Below, in pieces: positions 54,209-64,000 of a DNA stretch of 64,000 nt (position 1 is the stretch's first letter; each line of letters opens with the position of its first letter). Under the pieces are notes generated by a model, which was not told the origin of the DNA, made no database searches, and saw nothing but the letters and a program-made list of their open reading frames with translations. Origin of the DNA: Octopus vulgaris (taxonomy: Eukaryota); the NCBI GenBank assembly GCA_951406725.2, contig OX597823.1:64914001-64978000 (forward strand), in the 5' to 3' direction. Both the position numbers and the translations under genes were made by a program.

Positions 54209-54261
<53 letters not shown>

Positions 54262-54269
54262 ATATATTG

Positions 54270-54504
54270 AAATTATAATTTAGGGTATCTAAGAGATACC
54301 TCCACACTGGAAATAGCAGCTAAAACTTGACTCTAAAACCACATTAAATGTTCATACAGCACCAGTAATTTTTTGCTAGTTTATCTTGTCCTTTTGTCTC
54401 TTGTCCTCTTGGTGCTGTATGAACATTTAATGTGGTCTTAAAGTCAAGTTTTGGTTGATATTTCCAGCGTGGAGGTATCTCTTAGATACCTTAAATTATA
54501 ATTT
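54270..54504. mobile_element. Foldback MITE with ~95-bp inverted arms and a 45-bp spacer
   Basis: aattataatttagggtatctaagagatacctccac...catacagcacca / tggtgctgtatg...gtggaggtatctcttagataccttaaattataatt. Confidence 0.9.
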
Positions 54505-54602
54505 TAGCAATGATAATTCCCCTTGAAAGTTTTTATTCCTATGGTGGCCACTTGATAAGAAATGATTTTTCTTCATAAAGAAGAAATACTGACAAATATT
54601 AT

Positions 54603-54633
<31 letters not shown>

Positions 54634-54677
54634 CATACATACATATATATACATACATACATACATACATGCATACA

Positions 54678-54905
54678 TCACGTAAAAAGCACCATCCGAT
54701 TGTGGCTGTTTGCCAGCCTCGTTTGGCACCTGTGCCAGCGACACGTAAAAAGCACCCACTACACTCATGGAGTGGTTGGCGTTAGGAAACATTGCCAGAT
54801 CAAACTGGGCCTGGTACAGCCTTCTGGCTTCCCAGACCCCAGTTAAACCGTCCAACCCATGCTAGCATGGAAAGCGGACGCTAAACGAAGATGATGATGA
54901 AGATG
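54678..54905 (+). mobile_element. Family D RTE-tailed repeat
   Basis: cacgtaaaaagcacc units and (gat)n tail. Confidence 0.85.
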
Positions 54906-55520
54906 ATATACACACACATATGTATACATATATATATACATACATGCATACATACATCTATACATACAAACACACACACATACATGCATGCATGAACCAA
55001 CATCAACACTAAATCCTATATGATGGAATTTGATTTTTTCACTAAAACTATGGAAATGCTGCATAATGGGAAGGTGCCAGAATGAGATTCCATAGCTAGC
55101 AACTTGTACATCACATTAACTTCTGAATAGAAAAATAAAAGCAAAAAAAAAATGAAGAAGGCCTCATAGATACACTTGAACCAGAAGCAACATTAAGCTG
55201 ATAGATACTGAACGCTTCTAGAAGCACTCATTACCTGGCAACCTTCTCCGTTAAAATCCCAGAGGGGCAGAGCTAGTGAAACTGAGCGAAGACTAGGACA
55301 AGAAATTCTCTGAGCAAAAACTTGGACAAGAAATACACTACATACCATTCAAAATTCATGAGAGTAGTGGTTTCAAATTTTGACACAAGGCCAGCAAATT
55401 TGGGGAAGTGGGTAAGATGATTATGTTGACCCCCGTACTTTACTGGTACTTATTTTACCGACCTTGAAAGGATGAAATGCAAAGTTGACATCAGTGAAAT
55501 TGTAACTCAGAACACGAAGA

Positions 55521-56000
55521 TGGTGCAGGAGTGGCTCTTTGGTAAGTAACTTGCTTATGAACCACGTGGTTTCAGGTTCAGTCCCACTGTGTGGCACCTT
55601 AGGCAAGTGTCTTCTACTATAGCTTTGAACCAACCAAAGCCTTGTGAGTGGATTTGGCAGACGGAAACTGAAAGAAGCCTGTTGTGTGTAGATATATATA
55701 TATATATATCTTTTTTTTTCTGTAGTTTCAGCTCAGAGCTGCGGCCATTCTGATGCTCCGCCGTAAAATATATATATATATATATATGTTTGTGTGTCTG
55801 TGTTTGTTACCCTACCATCGCTTGACAACCGATGTCAGTGTGCTTATGTCCCTGTACCTTAGTGATTCAGCAAAAGAGACCAATAGATTAAGTTCTAGTC
55901 TTACAAAGAATAACTCCTGGGGTTGATTTGTTCAACTAAAAGTGGAGCTCCAGCATGGCTGCAGTGAAATGACTGGAATGAATTAAAGAATAAAAGAATA
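55521..56000 (+). mobile_element. SINE family A inserted into an old - strand family B SINE
   Basis: Family B remnants at 55370-55518 and about 56000-56060 flank it. Confidence 0.75.
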
Positions 56001-56242
56001 TGGGCGACATGCCACAATACATTTTACTCAGTGCACTAATGATTCTGAAAGCTTGCTACTTCATGACAGTATGAGAATATTAACATAAAATGTAGCTTCA
56101 TTTATTACTCATGACTTGCCACTGGCTAGGAAGATTTCCAGTAATTACAAAATGTCATACATGCATATATGCACACACATACATCCATATATACATGCAT
56201 ACATACACACACATACATACATACATACATACATACATACAC

Positions 56243-56287
<45 letters not shown>

Positions 56288-57114
56288 AATAATATACATA
56301 CATATATGCGGAGACCCCCTTCGGTCACGAATGACCATGGGATTGTACCTAGAAAGTTACCCTCCAAAGCACAAGTCCGAGCAAGGTTATTTATGGAAGA
56401 CCAGCGGTCGCCCATGCATACCAGCATCACCCCACCTTCCTACCACCACCACCATAGGAGCATGGGGCTATGAACTTGTGCTGTTGGTGACAAACAGCTA
56501 AAAATAGTGCTACAGACAGTACAGGGGTTTAATAGAAAAGTCGCTATGAGATTCAGATAAAACTACGTCAAGACAACTCTGAAAAAATGATAATAAATTA
56601 CAAAGACTAATTAATTTTAGCTTTTTCACTATTTTTGTGGTTTCTCTTTCCTCTTCGCTATCGTCTGTTATTTCAGATTCTATTTTGAATCAAGATAAGA
56701 GAAGTAGATCAGACTCAGACTTAACGAATACTTAGAGATCAACAAACTAGACGCAAGAGAACAAGCGTACAAATGAGAAGAAAAAAAAAGAAAATCAGGA
56801 AAAATATTATTGACTCATTAGATCTACACTTAAAACAACCAAATGTAGAAGTTGGCATCAGTGGTCTAGCAATAGTAATAAGTTTATTTATAATTCTTTG
56901 ACCTGGACACTAAATAAATGAACAAGGGAACCAGATAGATAAATAAGGAAACTAACGCCATTTAGAATGTACTACTCAAAATATGACATTGACAGATTAC
57001 ATGTACCTGGAATGTAAAAAGGTAAAGAGCAACATGTAAGTTAAACAATATATCAAAACATCTATGTAGAATTAGAAAAATATCTAGTAAAGAAATATGT
57101 AAAATAGTAAAATA

Positions 57115-57347
57115 TATTTCTTTATTGCCTACAAGGGGCTAAACATAGAGGGGACAAACAAGGACAGACAAAGGAATTAAGTCGATTACATCGACCCCAG
57201 TGCGAAACTGGTACTTTATTTATCGACCCTGAAAAGATGAAAGGCAAAGTCGACATCGGCAGAATTTGAACTCAGAACGTAGCGACAGACGAAATACCAC
57301 TAAGCATTTCGCCCGGCGCGCTAACGTGTCTGCCAGCTCACCGCCTT
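57115..57347 (-). mobile_element. SINE family B, full length
   Basis: Reverse complement of aaggcggtgagctggcagacacgttagcgcgccgggcg...aataaagaaata. Confidence 0.9.
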
Positions 57348-57953
57348 ATAAATAGTTAAATAGTAAAATAGTAAAGAAATATGTAAAACATTAACAAAAC
57401 TGTTTTCTGACTCCAAAGAATCCAACGAATACAAAACAGTGGCTGAAATAACAGAAAAATGTGAATGGAAAAGAGCAATAACAAAAGACTGTGATGTAAC
57501 CAGAAACTAAAAGTAGAGTTGATAAAAATGGACTGGAAAGACACAAACAATGAAATTAGCAACAGTAGTTGAGAACTTCGATTCTTAAATGCACTACAAG
57601 ATTGAAGACTTCTTGTCAGAAAATCAAAATTCCTACACTAGAATGAAATGTAGAATATGTGAAGTTTGGGAAGAAAAAAGTTACCAAATTTGCTTCCACT
57701 TCCCATTTTTAGTTGAAAAGGAATATGTCTACGGGTATTTCATATTGTGTACATTTTCCTGTCTATATATATTGGGAAGTCCCAAAAAATCATTACATTT
57801 TCTCGCTCAGTTACAACCTCATTGTGGTACTTATATCACTGGTTGCTCTTGTTCACACTTTAGACCTGAATTTCGATAATTTTGAATTCTTATCACTTTT
57901 TATGTTGAACTCAATAAAGACAGGCTTGTCGAAATATTATTATTTTATTATTA

Positions 57954-57999
<46 letters not shown>

Positions 58000-58092
58000 G
58001 AAATAACCTAATGCTTTTTATTAAAAAATATCATATCATCAATATCGATAGTTCATCATTAAATAAAAAATAATCCAAATTCTTCTTTTTAG

Positions 58093-58177
58093 GGATTTCC
58101 TTTTTCCTGATGACCTGACCATGGAATTGGAGCCCTGGGCTGATACAGGACCAGCTAATGAGGAAGAATTTTGCCTG
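58093..58177 (+). CDS. CFAP65: CFAP65-like internal coding exon E (85 nt, phase 2-0)
   Basis: Acceptor tcttctttttag|G, donor CTG|gttagt. Encodes (W)DFLFPDDLTMELEPWADTGPANEEEFCL, cf. recalled CFAP65 WAFLFPSDQ.I..E.WAE....ELH. Confidence 0.9.
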
Positions 58178-58333
58178 GTTAGTTGTTGAATCTGTGTATT
58201 TATGCATTTATGTGTACCTCTGTATGTATGTGCATGTGTCTGTGTCTATGTATGCATTTCTGTGAGAATATAACTTCTTTTTCCCTAATTACAGTTTTGT
58301 ATATTCTGTATTTGACTACATTATATATTTCAA

Positions 58334-58704
58334 CTAGCAGTATCGCCCGGCGTTGCTCGGGTTTGTAAGGGAAATAACTATAAAGCATTTTTAGAGAGTT
58401 ATAGCCAAAAAATAGCAAAAAAATGGAAAAAAATTATGGCAAATTTATTTTTGAGAGTTAAAAAGGTGGAGTTGCGTCCCCTAGACAGTTCTGATTATCG
58501 ACCCCATGTCGAATTTATCGATTTTTTTTCAGAACTGGGGGAATTTTTCAAAATTTTCGCTGCGTTAGTTTTGAATTATGACATTGGGCTATGTGTGTGT
58601 CAAGTTTCATCAGAATCGGTTGAAAGCCGTGGTCAGGGTGAGGGTACAACCTAACAGACACACAGAAACACACACAGACAAACTGCCGTTTATATATAGA
58701 GAGA
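58334..58704 (-). mobile_element. Complete non-autonomous Helitron
   Basis: On the - strand: 5' a|TCtctctatatataaacgg, 3' GC-rich hairpin cccgagcaacgccggg then CTAG|t. A^T target, no TSD. Confidence 0.85.
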
Positions 58705-58739
58705 TGTTGTTTAAATACAGAGCTCGTTTTCACTGTCAA

Positions 58740-58777
58740 ACTCCTCCTCCTCCCCTTCTCCCTCCTCTTCTTTATCC

Positions 58778-58809
<32 letters not shown>

Positions 58810-59015
58810 CTCTTCTTCCTCCTCTCTTCCTCTTCTTCTTCCTACTCCTCCTCTTCCTCCTCTCCTCCTCATACTCCTCTTCTTCTTCCTACTCCTCCTC
58901 TTCCTCCTCTCCTCCTCCTCCTCCTCCTCTTCTCCACCCCCTCTTCTCCCTCCCCTTCTCCCCCTCCTCCTCCTCCTCCTCCTCCTCATCATCATCATCA
59001 TCACTTTCTTCCCCT
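58740..59015. repeat. (CCT/CTT)n polypyrimidine tract plus (CAT)n
   Basis: Directly visible. Confidence 0.95.
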
Positions 59016-59472
59016 CTCAATGAAACCTACAGTCACCTGTCATCACTAGAAAAATGTGTTTGGATTTACATAATTACCTTTCCTTAAAGTGCATGTAGCA
59101 CTATAAGAAAATTAATTTAGCTTCCTCAGCCATGAGACACTTGATTCAAGAAGACCAAGTGACAGTATTATCAGTCGAATAGATCAACGTCAGTACTTGA
59201 AATGTATTTCATTTTATAGGGGTTGGACCAAAAAAACAAAAACAACAACAACAAAAAAAAAGGTGTAAAAAGGTGCCCTGTAGTGAGACTGAACCCACAA
59301 ACATGTAATTATGATGTAGCTACTTTATAGATGACAGACAAAGCCATTGTTAAACGATTAGAGAACATTGGAAAATTGATCTAACATGGCTGCATTTTTC
59401 TGTTTTTTGTTAAATTAATTGAACTGCCTAGAAGTTGTAGCTAATTGAGATATTCAAGATAATTGCTAAGTC

Positions 59473-60057
59473 AAGGCAGTGAGCTGGCAGAAATGTTAAC
59501 ATGCTGGGTGAAATGCTTAGCGGTATTTTGTCTGCCCCTACGTTCTGAGTTCAAACTCCACCGAGGTCGACTTTGTCTTTCATCTTTTCGGGGTCAATTA
59601 AATAAGTACCAGTTACGCACTGGGGTTGATATAATTGACTTAATCCATTTGTCTGTCCTTGTTCATCCCCTCTGAGTTTAGCCCCTTGTGGGTAGCAAAG
59701 AAATAGGTATTTCATCTGCTGTTACATTCTGAGTTCAAATTCCGCCGAGGTCAACTTTGCCTTTCATCCTTTTGGAGTCGATTAAATAAGTACCAGTTAC
59801 GCACTGGGGTCGATATAATCGACTTAATCCATTTGTCTGTCCTTGTTCGTCCCCTCTGTGTTTAGTCCCTTGTGGGTAGTAAAGAAATAGGTATTTTTTC
59901 TGTCTTTATGTTCTGAGTTTAAATTCCACTGAGGTCGACTTTGCCTTTCATCCTTTTGAGGGGTCGATAAATTAAGTACCAGTTGCATACTGGGTTTGAA
60001 CTAATTGACTGGCCACTCCTCACCCAAAATTTCGGGCCTTGTGCCTAGAGTAGAAAA
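59473..60057 (+). mobile_element. Family B SINE trimer (one head, three bodies, 184-bp period)
   Basis: ggtattt junctions at 59522, 59706 and 59890. The last body has a different, older tail. Confidence 0.9.
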
Positions 60058-60508
60058 AAATATCATTGCTAAGTCAATTATCAGATTTTCAAAAGTGCAC
60101 ATCACTGGATCAATTATTCTAACTCTGATGGCAGCTGCTAACTAAATCTAGTTTTCTAAGACAATTCTAGAATGATTGTCACATTCTGAAAAACTGGCTC
60201 TGAAGTGAATTTATTGCTCTTGCTTGTTTTATCAATTAAATTAAAAGGGCTGCAGAAATATCTGAGTTTCCTGTTTCTTTCCTTTGTTTTTATAAACTTC
60301 AAAATTGAAATTTAATATTTTGTATTTTATGCTGCTATTAGCTTCTGTAGTTTAAATCACAATACTTTTTTCTGAATAATGGTTTTAACATGAGCAATTG
60401 TACAGTGTGATCGCCACAATAAATTGTAAATTTGTAAACCTCCAATCTAGCACTATGCAAGGAATTTCCTAATGTTCTACTTCAGCCTATATAATTTTCA
60501 CTATATAC

Positions 60509-60597
<89 letters not shown>

Positions 60598-60918
60598 GTG
60601 CTGATGTAGCACCTTGAGCAAGTGTCTTCCACTATAGCCTTGGGCTGGCCAAAGCCATGTCAATGGATTCGATAGACAGATACTGAATTAACTCTGTCAT
60701 AAATGTGTCTTTGCATTTGAGTTTGTCTCCCACCATCACTTGACAAACAGTATTGGTTTGTTTACATCCATGTAACTTAGTGATTTGGCAAAAAGAGACT
60801 AATAGAATAAATACCTGACTTACAATAAATATAAGGGTAGATTTGTTTGACTAAACCCATCAAGTCAGTGCCCCAGCATGGCTGCAGTCAAATGACTGTT
60901 TCAAGTAAAAGATAAAAG
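60598..60918 (+). mobile_element. Old SINE family A
   Basis: caccttgagcaagtgtcttc...cagcatggctgcagtcaaatgactg. Confidence 0.8.
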
Positions 60919-61213
60919 ATGTGTGTCAGTGTTTGCATCTACACACACACATTAACACACACGCATACATACACATACACATACACATAAACACACACAC
61001 ATGCGCACACACACATTGTAAAGACAGCTTCCTTAAACCAGTGTTGTTTCTCATATTAGCATGTGTAGTGAGGCCTTTTGTTATAAAGTTTGTCTAAGTA
61101 GAAGTCAATATTTACAGCTACATATCTTGAAATAGAGGTAAGATTCCAGCATGCCTCTTTTAAAATCTAGTTTTGCCAGTTCACATTACTTCTTCTTGAA
61201 ACTGCACTATACC

Positions 61214-61446
61214 TATTTCTTAACTACCCACAAGGGGCTAAACACAGAGGAGACAAACAAGGACAGACAGACGGATTAAGTTGATTATATCGACCCCAGT
61301 GCGTAACTGGTACTTAATTTATCGACCCCGAAAGGATGAAAGGCAAAGTCGACCTTGGCAGAATTCGAACTCAGAACGTAGGGGCAGATGAAATATGGCT
61401 ACGCATTTCGCCCGGCATGCTAACATTTTTGCCAGCTCGCCGCCTT
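61214..61446 (-). mobile_element. SINE family B, full length
   Basis: Flanked by the 17-bp TSD tgaaactg(c/t)actatacc. Confidence 0.9.
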
Positions 61447-64000
61447 TGAAACTGTACTATACCAATATACTCAAGAATATCAACTCTATCACATTCATGG
61501 AGCTGTAAGCACCAAAGAAAAGACTGGTATTTTTACTTTCACGAAGAATCATACATATAATCTGACAAACAGAATTAAATAATCTTTGTTCAGTTGATCT
61601 GGTGATGTTTCTCAGCTAACGTTATTAGTTCTTGTTGTCTCTCTAGGCTTGCCATATTCTAATATAAACTGTAAAAAGGATTCTATTATAACAAAAGGAT
61701 TGGAAAGAGCATGCAATTACATTACTTTTCAATCTAATGCATAGTTGTTATTCTATAAAACATACACTTAAAGCATTATTGCATATGAAGGGGATAAGTA
61801 ATACATCAATGAATGTAAATGCAATGTATTGCCTATGGTGGGAAAAGGAAAATTATTAACATTTTGAGCATTGTCTCTTTTTCAAGATAAAGAAAAGAGA
61901 CAAGAAAGAAAGAAGGAGTGTTGTTACTAAGGAGTCATGGTAATAATAGGCAAAGAGAATTGATGGATATGTGGTTTAATTAGTTGTGAATTGAGGAAGA
62001 TGGTGACCAGAAATGTCGGATACACATAGAAAAGAAGAGAAAGCAGTAGCCGAGATTGTGCTTATATGTGGGCACTAAGTATGTATGCATTGACATTAGA
62101 TATGTTTGAGCACAAAAGTGTGTATATGTGGATACAAAAATAATTATGTGTAGGATGAGTGGGGCGATTGAGCAGAATCAATTTCTGAATAACCAAACGA
62201 CAGCATCCTTGTAGAAAACTGATAGCTAAGTTAATGTTAGCCTAATTAATGTAAGAGTATTAATAAACATTTCTTGAATATATTTAAGTGATTGGATCAG
62301 AAATCATAAAACAGACCTAGCTGAATTTAATAGAGTTGATAATAAAGATTATTAGTTACAAGTATTATGACAGATATATTACTTATATTAACATATATTT
62401 AATCCTGCTTATAAGAACATATTCAATAATTCAGTGTAAATTACATAGAAGTAAACATTGTATTTTATTAATTAGAAACCTGATAGATTTCAAGGATTTT
62501 GATGAATTTTCTTTGGTTTTAGGGTGATTAATTATAAATAATCTAACTATGTATACACACACACACAAACGTAAAAATTTATAAATGCATATGTATATAT
62601 GTGTATATGTAAATATGTATTTATATATGTGTGTGTGTGTGAGGGGTGGAGCTGAGAACTTACTAGCTTTAAGGGTATCATGGAAGACCTGGCTAGAGGC
62701 CAACCATTTGAGTTCTTTTACTGGGCTTAGGAAAACTGAAGGACTTGAAAATCTACTAATTCTTGTCATTGATTAGTCCCAGGCTGGCCCTAATGTACAG
62801 ACTTACAATCAAATGTCCCATTCATCCTATTGTTTTTTTTTTTTTAATGTTTAGGCCTAATTTATGATCAAAGGCATTCCAACCATGACTTAACTGTTGT
62901 TTCTGCTCATTATTTAAATATAGCCTATCAAAGACTACATTATTTAATGTGCACTTCCTTTCTGAAGATGTAAAATATGATTTCAAAGAGATCTGGATGC
63001 AATTTCTAGCAAGTCATGCATCTACGTAGAAGGTACCACTTTAGCACATAATTTGTTTTCGACTGTTACTTAGAGGAGAGTTATCAAGCATTATTAATTT
63101 TCCTATGGGAAAATGGTGGATTACAGAACTCTGTATGTATTTGCTGTAGATCATACCATTCTTAGTTCAAACTTCTTTGGGTCAACTTTGCATTTAATCC
63201 CTCTGGAGTCGATACAATAAAGTTCCAGCCAAGAACTAGGATTAATTTAATTAACTACTCTTTCTAAAATTTCAGGCCTTATATGTATGTTAGATACAAC
63301 TATTGTTTTTATAATTAAATACAACTATTGAATGTAAATATTTTATTGTGTACTTCTCTTGATTAAACTGAAGGTTAAATTCATTTGCATGTGTGTGTAA
63401 TCTCACTGCAAAGTGAAAGGTGCTTGTTTCATTGCTCTTTGGGAAATAATACAGCAAAAGAAACCAAAATGTTCCTAACAGAATTAGAACTCAGAACTAA
63501 ATCGGTTGAAAAATAGTAACCATCAACAGAAGACATTTTCAAGTAGCTATATATCTCATAACTAATCAACTCTGAGTAGATCTAAATTCAAACCAAATCT
63601 TGAAGAATGTAAGACAATATTTTAGCTGCAATATTTTTAGAATATACAGCAACTATTTAGATGTTCCTGGGAGAACTCGATACAGAAAGTATATTATATT
63701 AGCCCTGGAAGCTGTTTTCTCTAAAAGCATGTTATTTATGACAAGTAAAACAAAATTTCAAAATTGGTAAATGGATATGCCATTTTGTAAGAGCATCATT
63801 TATTCACAAAGCTATTACCACCTGAAAGTTTGACATTCAACTATGAGAAGGGAAACTGACAGCTATTGCCTATATCATGACGGAAGCAAAAGTCTTTTAG
63901 CAGCTAAAAGTCTCCAGGTATTGTTCACACTTTATAAAGTTTTCACTAGATCTGTGACAATCTAATAATGGCTTAAGAGGTCTGAAACAAATGGTCCTGG

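Noticed and set aside
56460-57700. Purine-rich stretch with CRIC motif suggestive of a LINE ORF1 zinc knuckle
   Set aside because: Too degraded to assign by eye, with many stops.

Overview
AT-rich, repeat-saturated animal DNA. The SINE and microsatellite repertoire looks like an octopod cephalopod (Octopus-like). The only convincing coding signal is five short + strand exons (34091-34219, 42227-42383, 49851-49919, 53768-53896, 58093-58177). They have GT-AG borders and splice in frame into about 189 aa resembling the central region of the ciliary/flagellar protein CFAP65 (CCDC108). The gene extends beyond both window ends, so the rest is most likely intron. That DNA is filled with three tRNA-derived SINE families, an RTE-tailed repeat, MITEs (TTAA, hAT-like, foldback), Helitrons, decayed Penelope-like and RTE retrotransposons, and long microsatellites. 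Almost all listed ORFs are microsatellite or SINE artefacts. The most interesting non-coding signal is a complete minimal type-I hammerhead ribozyme fold (15095-15137, - strand) inside a 352-bp unit with an 83-bp terminal redundancy, a retrozyme/Penelope-like architecture. Five further hammerhead-derived folds with altered cores occur in other small repeats. Repeat boundaries were read by eye and are approximate. Family names and the CFAP65 call are from recall, not database searches.
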